Shown: positions 44,612-53,302 of the stretch, piece after piece
Layout: the number at the start of each line of letters is the position of its first letter
How positions within the stretch are numbered: the stretch's first letter is position 1
DNA from: a virus
Length of the DNA stretch: 64,000 nt
Reading direction: 5' to 3' (one strand)
Virus record (IMG/VR): IMGVR_UViG_3300032007_000018
Span: 72,445-136,444 of that record
Position numbers and translations under genes: made by a program
Notes under the pieces: generated by a model
Told to the model about the DNA's origin: nothing
The model's database searches: none
The model's input: only the letters and a program-made list of their open reading frames with translations

Positions 44612-44643
44612 TTGACAATAGGCCAAAAGTGTGCTATACTATA
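44612..44643 (+). promoter_or_regulatory. Representative class A promoter (one of about 34)
   Basis: cTTGACAatag...tgTGCTATACTATAAT. Preceded by a GCCCGGGCG box and an A-tract (GATTGTTAAAAAACTAACG). Confidence 0.6.
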
Positions 44644-44684
44644 ATCACATTGAGGGTGGTGGCCTACACTAAGGAGATTTTTCT

Positions 44685-45311
44685 ATGGAAAAGCACAAAT
44701 TTTTTGAGCGTGAAATCTTGCTTCTTGAAAGTGAAGATTTGCGCGACTTCGCCCGCTGGTATCTTGACAATCATGTGGGCAACTGGTTCTGGAAGTCTGG
44801 CGCGTCCGCAAGTGGGAAGTATCATCCCTCTTTCACTCATGGCGAGGGCGGGCTTGTGCGTCACACTCGCGCGGTGTGTATGGTCTGCGAGGAACTTCTG
44901 CGCATGAGCGGCTACGCATACATGAAAGCGGAATACAAAGACTTTGCGCGGCTTGCCTGCCTGCTCCACGATACGCGCAAGTATGGAAGCGGCGACGAGG
45001 AAGATAAGAGTTATTATCCGCGACATGGTGAAGCCGCCGCAAATGATGTTGGCGTTGCGTGGCGTGAGTTTTTCCACAGTCATTCCTGCCCCGAATTGCT
45101 CTTGATGGCTATTCGCTCCCACATGGGACAGTGGACTGAAAACCGCGATGACCGCCCCTTTACCAACATTGACCGCCTTGTGCATCTGTCGGACTACATT
45201 GCAAGCCGCCCATTTTGGGACATTCCCGAACTGACATCGCAGTATTACGAGGACGCGGCGCGAGAAATTCTTGATGCCCCGCCTGCTGGTATGGTGGACT
45301 ACCCCTTTTAA
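44685..45311 (+). CDS. HD-domain phosphohydrolase
   Basis: KYHP...H...LLHDTRKY motifs. Track ORF. Confidence 0.6.
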   Translation: MEKHKFFEREILLLESEDLRDFARWYLDNHVGNWFWKSGASASGKYHPSFTHGEGGLVRHTRAVCMVCEELLRMSGYAYMKAEYKDFARLACLLHDTRKYGSGDEEDKSYYPRHGEAAANDVGVAWREFFHSHSCPELLLMAIRSHMGQWTENRDDRPFTNIDRLVHLSDYIASRPFWDIPELTSQYYEDAAREILDAPPAGMVDYPF

Positions 45312-45642
45312 TGGGGGTAGTCCGCGCCCGGGCAGCCGGCAAATTGCACAAAAGGGGTCTAAAATTTTAACACTTTTTGTGCAAAATCCCATCTTGCAAT
45401 TTTCTGAAAATCTGCTATAATAATAATTGTCAAGAGGCGGTGGACACCGCAGAACAAAAACGAGAGGCGCGGACAGCGGTGAACAGTGCGGAGCGCCCAG
45501 CCCGAAAAAATTTTTCAAAGAAATTTGAAAAACCTCTTGACAAACAGCGCGAAGTGTGCTACAATAAGAATGTAAGCAAGAGGGAAACAAAACCCCTGCT
45601 AATAAAATGGGTGGTGACCGACACCAGAAAGAGGTAGATACT

Positions 45643-46044
45643 ATGACCAAGACTGAAAAGATGACCAACCGCAAGGCTCTGACCTACTGCATTGACAACT
45701 GCGACCTGCCCGCCGATGTTGCGGAGAAGCTGACCGCCATGGTCGCCGCGCTGGATAAGAAGTCCACCGCCGAGCGCAAGCCCACCGCCAAGCAGGGCGA
45801 GAACGCCACTGTGCGCGCCGCTGTCGTGAAGTTCATCAACGACAACGCCGAGGGCGACGGCTTCACCTGCTCCGACCTTATCAAGGCCTGCCCCGCTGTT
45901 GAGGGCAAGTCCAACCAGTATGTCTCCGCCATCCTGCGTCAGGCGGTGCTGGCTGGCGAGATTTCCAAGGGCACTGTGAAGCGTCGCACCTACTTCGCCC
46001 CTGTGGGCGTCTACGCCACCGCTGACGAGGACGAGGGGGAGTAA
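45643..46044 (+). CDS. Early protein, paralog family 1
   Basis: Promoter TTGACA 45537 / TACAAT 45560. Leader hairpin UGGUGACCGACACCA directly upstream. The track ORF has an upstream extension. Confidence 0.6.
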   Translation: MTKTEKMTNRKALTYCIDNCDLPADVAEKLTAMVAALDKKSTAERKPTAKQGENATVRAAVVKFINDNAEGDGFTCSDLIKACPAVEGKSNQYVSAILRQAVLAGEISKGTVKRRTYFAPVGVYATADEDEGE

Positions 46045-46261
46045 TCCCCCTCCCCTCACAAGGGGCAAGCGCCCCTTTACATGGGCCGTCGGGGGGTCAG
46101 GCCGCGAAAGTCAACGCTTGCCTGTGGCGTTGATAAGTAGTGCCCTTGGGCGGTCGATGTAAGGGGGCGCTTGCGCGCCCGGGTGATTGACAAAAACTTA
46201 ACGAAAATTTTTTTGAAAAAAGTATTGACAAAAGCAGACCTGTGTGCTATACTATAATTGT

Positions 46262-46545
46262 TCCAAGGGAAAAGGGAGCGCGGCGAGGGCTAACAGCGAC
46301 GAGTGGACGCACTTAGGACACCTTGACCGCGCAGGAACATTCAAGGTCGCCACGCGACCAAAAGAGCAAAAGGCAAGATGTGAGAAAGGACGAGCTTACA
46401 ATGGGTTTGCCGATGTGTTATCCTAAGTGGTGGAAGTGACCCACCCGCCAAAAAGAGGTCACCGCCTGTGGCGTCCAAAACCGCAGGTGTTGGATAAGGG
46501 GTCGTTGCCGCGAGGAGTTGCTAACCTTGCGGCAGTCGGCCCGGG
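46262..46545 (+). ncRNA. Promoter-driven ORF-less structured RNA (about 285 nt)
   Basis: Promoter TTGACA 46225 / TATACTATAAT 46248-58. Begins UUGUUCCAAGGGAAAAGGGAGCGC like the RNA at 38941. Stems GGUCGC-cac-GCGACC and UGCCGCGAGG-aguugcuaa-CCUUGCGGCA. No credible ORF; track ORF 46244..46426 starts inside the promoter. Confidence 0.45.
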
Positions 46546-46637
46546 TGATTGTTAAAAAAATAATTAGCAAAAAAGACTTGACAACGACGTAGTTATCTGC
46601 TATACTATAATCACCAAGAGAAAAGGAGATAACTAAA

Positions 46638-46862
46638 ATGTTCAGAGGTTGGTTTGACGATTTGGAAAGGGCAATCGTGGCGTTTCGTGCGCTTGGGATT
46701 GATGACCTGTTTTGCTCCATCAGTGTCAACCTGTATGGCGATTTTGTTTTTGAAATTGCCGAAGGTGTCAAATACTTCGTGAAGCATGACAGCCTTGGCA
46801 ACTACAGCGTGTGGCGCAACTTCGGGGATTGGAGAAATCCCGATTGGAGGGAAATCAAGTGA
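46638..46862 (+). CDS. Early small protein
   Basis: Track ORF. Promoter TTGACA 46578 / TATAAT 46604. Confidence 0.6.
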   Translation: MFRGWFDDLERAIVAFRALGIDDLFCSISVNLYGDFVFEIAEGVKYFVKHDSLGNYSVWRNFGDWRNPDWREIK

Positions 46863-47011
46863 CTGTCAAAGAACTAATCAAAAAGTTGGAAACCATGCCA
46901 CAAAATGTGGAAGTCATTTTTTGGAATGAACAGCCCGAAACATGGTATTCCACTAAGACCTGCGAAATCTCTGTTAATTCGCACACAGGTTATGTCGATT
47001 TTGAAATCTAA
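46859..47011 (+). CDS. Early small protein (50 aa), GTG start
   Basis: GTGA overlap with the upstream stop. C-terminal part of track ORF 46811..47011. Confidence 0.4.
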   Translation: MTVKELIKKLETMPQNVEVIFWNEQPETWYSTKTCEISVNSHTGYVDFEI

Positions 47012-47029
47012 GAAAGGAATCTGATTACT

Positions 47030-47221
47030 ATGACGAACGAACTGAAATGCCCCAAGTGTGGCGGAACGCACATCATGGAAGATGACTGCTATGACGTCAT
47101 CGGCGGAGCGGAAAACACCATCAAAGAACTGATGTGCGGTTGCTGTGAGGACTGCGGTGCTGATGTTCAATGGGAAAGGGTTTATAAATTCATTGGCTAC
47201 GATGGCATCGAGGAGGGCTAA
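47030..47221 (+). CDS. Small Zn-ribbon protein
   Basis: Track ORF with CPKCGG...CGCCEDCG. Confidence 0.6.
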   Translation: MTNELKCPKCGGTHIMEDDCYDVIGGAENTIKELMCGCCEDCGADVQWERVYKFIGYDGIEEG

Positions 47222-47320
47222 GCCCTCTTCGGTCGCCCGGGTCATTGTGAAAAAACTAACGCTTGACAAAATGCCGCTAATGTGCTATACTAAGAGCGTA
47301 AACAGAAAGGGGATAACAAA

Positions 47321-47542
47321 ATGATTGACGAAGAACTTATTTACAAAGCACAGCGTATACTTAATGACAGATGCCTCTGGTGGGAAGATAGCTGGCGCAA
47401 GCTTTCCATAAAAGGTGAAACAGAGGCAAGTGCGCGGTCTGCGGCTCGCGCAAATGCTTATAAATCCGCATGTGATATTCTTCTCGCGGCGGTGCAGGGA
47501 AATAAAGAAGTTTTGAAGGAGTTTGATTACTATGCTGACTAA
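47321..47542 (+). CDS. Early small protein
   Basis: Track ORF. Promoter TTGACA 47264 / TATACT 47286. Confidence 0.6.
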   Translation: MIDEELIYKAQRILNDRCLWWEDSWRKLSIKGETEASARSAARANAYKSACDILLAAVQGNKEVLKEFDYYAD

Positions 47543-47783
47543 AAAGTTTTTCTGCCCTGTGAATGGCTGGGACTGCCCCTACTTCAAAAAGGATGGTTCT
47601 TGCTCCATGATTGACAAGGGGCTTGACCCCGAGGACGAGTGCGACGATGCCGCCTGCTTTTTGGAGGACGAGGATGATTGCCCCTGCGTGTGGGAAGATG
47701 AAAATGGCAATCGCTATGATGTTGATGAACTTCTTGCGCAGGGGTATCGCTTCGCCAATGGTGAGCCTGTGTTAGCCGAGTAA
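47532..47783 (+). CDS. Small acidic Cys-containing protein
   Basis: Track ORF 47523..47783. The ATG at 47532 is the preferred start. Confidence 0.5.
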   Translation: MLTKKFFCPVNGWDCPYFKKDGSCSMIDKGLDPEDECDDAACFLEDEDDCPCVWEDENGNRYDVDELLAQGYRFANGEPVLAE

Positions 47784-47883
47784 ACCTCGGCTAACCTCCC
47801 GGGCGCAAGTTAAAAAAATAACGCTTGACATTTTCGTTTTTGTATGCTATACTATGTATAGAAAACGAAAGGAGATAACAAAA

Positions 47884-48255
47884 ATGTTTGACATTAAAAA
47901 CTGCCCCGATGAAGCGTGGAACTATGAGTTTATCGTCTGCGAGACCCGCGACGATGGACTGGTTTTCAACAGTTACCACAAGAGCGGCTGTGCCGCTGAA
48001 ACTGTCGCAAGCCATCTGAATTGTGGCGTCGTCGTTCACAATGTCCGCATCCAAGGCTACAAGGACCCCGCTCCTATGAAGCGCTTCACCTTCAGCGGCA
48101 AGTGGTATTGGGACTGCTTCGCGCATGACATTGAAGAGGCAAAGCAGAAGTATTCCGATGAATCCTACCCCGAAGACATTTACATCGCCAACTATGATGA
48201 TGTAGAGGTTGAAGAGTGCGATTCTGCCGCAAATGAAAAGGAGATAAAAAGATGA
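47884..48255 (+). CDS. Early hypothetical protein
   Basis: Promoter TTGACA 47825 / TATACT 47848. SD AAAGGAGAT. The track ORF is extended upstream. Confidence 0.6.
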   Translation: MFDIKNCPDEAWNYEFIVCETRDDGLVFNSYHKSGCAAETVASHLNCGVVVHNVRIQGYKDPAPMKRFTFSGKWYWDCFAHDIEEAKQKYSDESYPEDIYIANYDDVEVEECDSAANEKEIKR

Positions 48256-48575
48256 AGATTGAATCTAAAATCAGCGGTTGGAGCATCACTGATGTGAGCA
48301 TCAAGATTTTTCCCCACCTGCGCAGCGAAATCGTGACGCTGAACGACATTGACAAGTTATCCCAGCGTTCGGCACAGTGGATTTTTGACCACTACAACCT
48401 CGTGGGGCTGAACGCCGAAATTGCGGGATGCCATTTCGGTGTGCTTATGTCGCATGATGACATGTGTAAAGTCTCCATCATGGAGAGCTACCCCGAAATT
48501 GAAAAGGAACTTGCGGATTATTTCAATCCCTCTTTCGGGGACTGGACAAAGTGCTACTTGCGGTTTGGGCACTAA
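48252..48575 (+). CDS. Early hypothetical protein
   Basis: Track ORF, ATGA overlap with the upstream gene. Confidence 0.6.
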   Translation: MKIESKISGWSITDVSIKIFPHLRSEIVTLNDIDKLSQRSAQWIFDHYNLVGLNAEIAGCHFGVLMSHDDMCKVSIMESYPEIEKELADYFNPSFGDWTKCYLRFGH

Positions 48576-48682
48576 GCCCAAGCCGCGGTAGCCCGGGCGC
48601 AAAATTTTTTCAAAAAACCTCTTGACAACCTCGCGTAAATGTGCTATAATCAAGGTACAAAAAACGAAGGGAGACTTCAAAA

Positions 48683-48955
48683 ATGACTTTGGTTCTGAAT
48701 CGCGACTGGGGCGGCTACTCTCTGCCGCAGGACTTCTGTGATGCCTATGGTATCGGCGATGCGTGGGATGCGCCTGTCGAGCGCGATGACCCCCGTCTTA
48801 TCAAGTGGGTGCGCGACCACGCCGATGGCCGCGGCAAGTGCGGCGACCTCGCCTGTGTGGAAATCCCCGACAACTGCACCGACTACAAGATCGATGACTA
48901 CGATGGCATGGAATCCGTCATCTATGTGGTGGACGGCAAAATCTATCACGCCTAA
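48683..48955 (+). CDS. Early hypothetical protein
   Basis: Track ORF. Promoter TTGACA 48622 / TATAAT 48645. Confidence 0.6.
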   Translation: MTLVLNRDWGGYSLPQDFCDAYGIGDAWDAPVERDDPRLIKWVRDHADGRGKCGDLACVEIPDNCTDYKIDDYDGMESVIYVVDGKIYHA

Positions 48956-49071
48956 GCAGGGGGCAACCCCTGCCGCGGCCCGGGCGGTTTACATAATAAT
49001 TTTCTGCTTGACATTTTGAAAAAGGTATGCTATAATCAGTGTAGAAAATGAAAAAGGGAGGGTTTGCTGTA

Positions 49072-49220
49072 ATGACGCTTGATGAGATGAAAGAAAAAGC
49101 CATTGAAAATTTCATCAATGCTTGGGACGAGCTTACGATGCTTGGTCTGATGGTCTGCGACGATGTTACTAAAGAGTACATTGACAAAGACGACATTGAT
49201 GTGCGCGAAGTGGAGGGTTG
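49072..49220 (+). CDS. Last small gene of the GC-rich array (49 aa)
   Basis: Promoter TTGACA 49008 / TATAAT 49031. SD AAGGGAGGG. Confidence 0.4.
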
Positions 49221-49436
49221 ACATAACCCTCCTCGCGCCCGGGTGATTTCGCCGGGCCGCTGACGCAGGCAGCTGGTCCGTTCTTCGCCCCCAAAACACA
49301 TATGCAAATTTTTTCGTCACACGAGTGGCATATGCCGCGATCCCTATTACTCCCGAAACCCCCGGTCGGGGGCCGATACCTAGCATATGGCCTTCCGGCC
49401 TTGACTTTTATAAAAAAATATGTTATAATATAAAAA

Positions 49437-49523
49437 AAAGACATATGCCAGGAGCAGACACACAAACCCCGGCCGGGGCAAGCGCAAAACTAAAAATCCC
49501 AAGCGTCAGCGCAGGGATTTTAT
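49437..49523 (+). ncRNA. Candidate small RNA (about 85 nt) with its own promoter and terminator
   Basis: Class B promoter TTGACT 49401 / TATAAT 49424. Transcript carries hairpin CCCCGGCCGGGG. Intrinsic terminator AUCCC-aagcgucagcgca-GGGAU plus UUUUAU at 49496-49523. Confidence 0.45.
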
Positions 49524-49593
49524 AGTTCAAAATGCCTCGTTTGCTATGCCCTAGCTCCATTGAAATCTAATCAACGTCTTTTTCTCCGTTGGC

Positions 49594-49622
49594 TTGATTT
49601 TCATAAAAAATTTTGATATAAT
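49594..49622 (+). promoter_or_regulatory. Representative class B promoter
   Basis: TTGATTTTCATAAAAAATTTTGATATAAT, then TTATATAGAAAAT, then AAGAGG SD. Confidence 0.5.
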
Positions 49623-49654
49623 TTATATAGAAAATAAGAAAAGAGGTAAACCAT

Positions 49655-50113
49655 ATGAATTATACTAACGACATTCTTATCCGTCTACAGCACGGCGAGG
49701 ATGTAAACACAATCGCAACCGAACTCACCAAGAGCATCAACGATGCCAACAACCGCTATAAGGCGGAGATTGAGGCCAAGAGAAAGGCAGAACAGGAAGC
49801 CAAGCTCAAGGCCGCCGCAGAGGAGGCCGAGCGCAATGACAAGGTTAAGGCGTGCGAGGATCTGCTCGACGCATTCTATGCGATAGTCGTAGCCTGGGAG
49901 ATTGATAGCGACCTGCTAGATGAAATCGAGCACTATGACGCGGCCGAACTCGCCTCTCAACTGGATGATATCATCCCTGCCATCCAGAAGTGGGCAGAAT
50001 TGGTGGATATGCTGCGCGCGGACGATGAGTTGCGGCCGACCCCGGTCGGGGACAGCTCTGTGAAGAAAGCATCCAGTCCCATTGAAGAGTTTTTGAATAA
50101 GTACGTGCGATAA
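49655..50113 (+). CDS. Coiled-coil hypothetical protein
   Basis: Track ORF. Followed by a strong terminator. Confidence 0.6.
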   Translation: MNYTNDILIRLQHGEDVNTIATELTKSINDANNRYKAEIEAKRKAEQEAKLKAAAEEAERNDKVKACEDLLDAFYAIVVAWEIDSDLLDEIEHYDAAELASQLDDIIPAIQKWAELVDMLRADDELRPTPVGDSSVKKASSPIEEFLNKYVR

Positions 50114-50121
50114 TAAGTAAA

Positions 50122-50160
50122 AAGAAAAACCCCCTAGACTAATGTCTAGGGGGTTTTATT
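50122..50160. terminator. Bidirectional rho-independent terminator
   Basis: AAAAACCCCCTAGAC-taat-GTCTAGGGGGTTTT between convergent genes. Confidence 0.75.
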
Positions 50161-50200
50161 ATTTGTATTATAAACGATGACGGTCACGGAGAAACGAACA

Positions 50201-50410
50201 TCATATTTGACACCGGTCGGGGGCACGCAAACTCCACTCAAAACATCTTTCTCTGGCTGGAATTGCTATTCTCATATTCCTATACTTCATTAATTTTTTA
50301 TACATATCATATGCTGTTTTATTCGCAAACAAATGACCTTGGTATCTGTATACTTTATTTTCCCCACACCAAGGAATTATACGCTTAAGCTGGCATCGAT
50401 TTCGTCCCAT
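50201..50410 (-). CDS. Small hypothetical protein
   Basis: Track ORF. Confidence 0.4.
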   Translation of the reverse strand: MGRNRCQLKRIIPWCGENKVYRYQGHLFANKTAYDMYKKLMKYRNMRIAIPARERCFEWSLRAPDRCQI

Positions 50411-50799
50411 AGTTTATCCAGTCCTTTGAAAAAGTCATCAACAACCTTACTATATGCACCATAACCAAACTCCACGTTGAGTGCTGACGCACTCAGGTCA
50501 AGCTCGGGAACTTCCTTTTGTTGCGGAGCAACAAAAGGCTTCTTATCTTGCGGCCAACGATAGTTTCTGCTCCCATCGAACAGGGTGACATTACCACCAT
50601 CGGTCATCTCTCCAATAAACTTACCCTCGAGCACAAGTTCAAGATTCTGATGCTTCGCATCAGTTCTCACCGCATAGATGGTATCTTTATCATACTTCCA
50701 CTCAGGCTCTAGGTCTCCGTAGGAGACCACATAAACATCATGTCCTCTGTATTTTCCAACTATTCCATTTTTATCTCGATATCCCATAGTTTCCTCCAT
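50377..50799 (-). CDS. Hypothetical protein (140 aa)
   Basis: Track ORF, intact. Confidence 0.55.
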   Translation of the reverse strand: MEETMGYRDKNGIVGKYRGHDVYVVSYGDLEPEWKYDKDTIYAVRTDAKHQNLELVLEGKFIGEMTDGGNVTLFDGSRNYRWPQDKKPFVAPQQKEVPELDLSASALNVEFGYGAYSKVVDDFFKGLDKLWDEIDASLSV

Positions 50800-50916
50800 A
50801 TGTTTTTGATTCGATTTTTCAATTCACTTCTTCTATCTTCTACTTATATTATATCAAATTTTTCAAAATAATTCAAGTTCATTTTCCTCTAAAAACATAT
50901 TTGGAATGATTTTCTC

Positions 50917-51093
50917 CTATGTTTCCTTTTTTATTCCATAATGCTTCAATTCATAGGCTTCTAAATCACCTTTACCAACGAAGTATATTGCTCCACTATC
51001 ATCTACAAATACTTCTACTTTCTCTGGATTTCTTTCCATCATAGCATCTATCCTATCGGCAGATACGCTATAAAACTTTACTTGTCTAGACAT
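50917..51093 (-). CDS. Small hypothetical protein
   Basis: Track ORF 50917..51117. The preferred start is MSRQVKF, which has SD GGAGATAAAGGA. Confidence 0.45.
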   Translation of the reverse strand: MSRQVKFYSVSADRIDAMMERNPEKVEVFVDDSGAIYFVGKGDLEAYELKHYGIKKET

Positions 51094-51229
51094 TCCTTTA
51101 TCTCCAATCATTCGCAAGAGGATTTAGAAGGCCCGAATGGGACTTCTAAAGCCTCTATTTAAAAAACTATTTAGTAACATATTTATATTTATAAGGATAC
51201 TATTTTTTTAACAACTCTATATAAAAATG

Positions 51230-51292
51230 CCGAAAATTTTTAACACTAGGCGTCTAAATTTTTAACACTAAGCGTCTAAATTTTTAACACCT
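51230..51292. repeat. Iteron array 1 (3 direct repeats of GCGTCTAAATTTTTAACAC, about 22 bp period)
   Basis: Copies at 51234, 51250 and 51272. Confidence 0.7.
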
Positions 51293-51406
51293 TCAAATTT
51301 CAATATAGTTAGTTAAAAAGTCAATCTAATAAACCGTTCTAACGTCTTTATATTCAATGTTTTCCTACTGTAAAGTAGTTAAATGATATTTAATTAAACC
51401 AATTTT

Positions 51407-51922
51407 CTACAATACAAACAAAATATTATTAATAACTTCATCATTACTTCTTGTTGTAGTACATATACCAATATGCTTCTTCACGTCGCTTAATAAAAAA
51501 GTAAATGGTTTTTCATCATTAGCGACATATCTCATTAATAAATATAAATAAGCAGAAATACAATGCTCGCTTAATGTGTCATTAATCAGTTTTAAAGTGG
51601 GCTCCGGAATCAATCCAGCCGCCTCCGCAGGTAATATACTTAAATAATACCTACCCCTACTATCGGGAAACTCTGATACCAATTTTAATTTAACTAAATT
51701 CTAAAATTTAGTAGATGCTGTTTGACGACTAATACCTAATAATTTACCTATTTGGCTAAAATTAATTAACGACTTTTCAATATATCTCTAATGTCCCTAT
51801 ACGCCATCCCATTGTGAATGCTCTTGAAGATAGCCATAAAGTATATCGTGATATTTTTTATCAGCACAAATTTTTTCTATTTTAGGAATTTGTCTAGTGT
51901 CTAATCCTTTTAAATTTTTCAC
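51407..51922 (-). CDS. Helix-turn-helix DNA-binding protein, TAG-recoded, flanked by iteron arrays (candidate replication initiator or iteron-binding regulator)
   Basis: Track ORF 51407..51682 extends upstream in frame through 4 TAGs. HTH motif: INFSQIGKLLGISRQTASTKF[TAG]NLVK. A possible GTG start lies near 51922. Confidence 0.45.
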
Positions 51923-51964
51923 GAGTTAATACACATCCTTTCATAGTATCTTCAATTTTTTGTT

Positions 51965-52160
51965 AAATATTTTAACACTTCATACCCAAACTTTGTAATA
52001 CCCAGTAAGACCGTGTAATACAGGGTCTAAAATTTTAACACATTTTTTTAACAGTTCATATATCGGTCTAATTTTTTAACAATTAATTAGTGCGTCTAAA
52101 ATTTTAACACACTCAGTCTAAAATTTTAACAATTTATATAAGCGTCTAAATTTTTAACAT
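51965..52160. repeat. Iteron array 2 (6-7 copies of GTCTAAAATTTTAACA)
   Basis: Copies at about 51965 (half), 52024, 52065, 52093, 52116 and 52143. Two GTAATAC repeats at 51996 and 52014. Confidence 0.7.
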
Positions 52161-52312
52161 ACGACTATCCAAAATTACCTATAATTTTTACCCATCCGTT
52201 CCTGCGGCGACCCCGTCTCAACGCTCCTCACACCGAGCACAGCCGCATCCATTTGACTTTTATAATTTTATATGTTATAATATATATAGAAAAATAGGAA
52301 AGGAGTATAAAG

Positions 52313-52612
52313 ATGCTACCATTTATCGCTAAAGTTCATTACTACAATGAGGCTACATATCCGGCAACCCTGGAACATACCAGCGTTCTTCTTTATGGCG
52401 ATAGTTTCGCACAAGCAACTCAAATCATGGAAGATTACTTCGGCAACGATATAGAGAGTATAAAGCTCACTTGCGTTGCCTGTGAGGGAACTTTCTTTGA
52501 GGTTCCCAATCACATCGCAGAGGTTTTTATTGCTGGTGAAGGTGATTTCCGCAATGGTAAAAAGAATCTCAAAATGATTAAGGAGGACGAGAAGAATGAG
52601 TTACACACCTGA
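52313..52612 (+). CDS. Hypothetical protein
   Basis: Track ORF. Class B promoter TTGACT 52254 / TATAAT 52276. SD AAAGGAG. Confidence 0.6.
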   Translation: MLPFIAKVHYYNEATYPATLEHTSVLLYGDSFAQATQIMEDYFGNDIESIKLTCVACEGTFFEVPNHIAEVFIAGEGDFRNGKKNLKMIKEDEKNELHT

Positions 52613-52949
52613 AGCAGTCGTTCTTGCTGGATATAAAATCTCTCCAGAGGTTTGGGCGTATGCCTGGAGCAAGTATGAAGATGGTTATGATAACTATCCC
52701 GGCTGGATTGAGGATATGTTTATTGACGCAAACCCGGCAACCGGCAGAGGTCCACTGTTTTTCGGTTCAATTATTCATAACGTTGCAGAAGATTGCGAGC
52801 CTGTTGAGTTCGATTCCATCCTCGCCGACTCTGAAACCATCAACCGCACTCTCGTAGCGTTCACAAGCCTCTTCGAAGAATACTACAAACAGCACCCCGA
52901 AGAGAAAGTGCCAAAGTTCACGAAATATCTTTTCTGTCGGTGGATGTAA
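52596..52949 (+). CDS. Hypothetical protein
   Basis: Track ORF, SD AAGGAGG. Confidence 0.6.
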   Translation: MSYTPEAVVLAGYKISPEVWAYAWSKYEDGYDNYPGWIEDMFIDANPATGRGPLFFGSIIHNVAEDCEPVEFDSILADSETINRTLVAFTSLFEEYYKQHPEEKVPKFTKYLFCRWM

Positions 52950-53188
52950 TGTTCCAGAAGAAATGTAGTACCTGCCATCTATATCTGCCGCAGCAACTAA
53001 CCTGCCAGATTATGATACAACAAATGCAGGGTAAAATCAAACCAGACGATTATTGCTCTCAACACAACGACCATATCCCCCAGTGCGAATCTTGCGGCGC
53101 TGGGTTGTTGGAGCCTATCATCGTAGTAGACGAACAAAAACACGGACATTATTACTGTCCGCAATGTTATAGAATTAAAAATCCGTGA
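52949..53188 (+). CDS. Zn-ribbon protein
   Basis: Track ORF 52940..53188 with CSTCH...CSQH..CESCG...CPQC. Confidence 0.55.
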   Translation: MFQKKCSTCHLYLPQQLTCQIMIQQMQGKIKPDDYCSQHNDHIPQCESCGAGLLEPIIVVDEQKHGHYYCPQCYRIKNP

Positions 53189-53302
53189 CGGTTTACGAAT
53201 GATTCCGTGACGATTCGTGAACCTTTTCAAAGCCGGAAAGCCAATTTTTCGGCTTTGAAACTACATTTTGATAATTTCATCCAAAAAAAAGGAAATTTCA
53301 AT

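Noticed and set aside
31250-49250. A CRISPR-like regular repeat array (repeated 35-45-bp elements with intervening unique sequence)
   Set aside because: The repeats are sigma-A promoters plus UP elements with ribosome-binding sites. The intervening segments are protein-coding and 120-700 bp long, with variable period and no palindromic CRISPR repeat. This is a promoter-cassette array.
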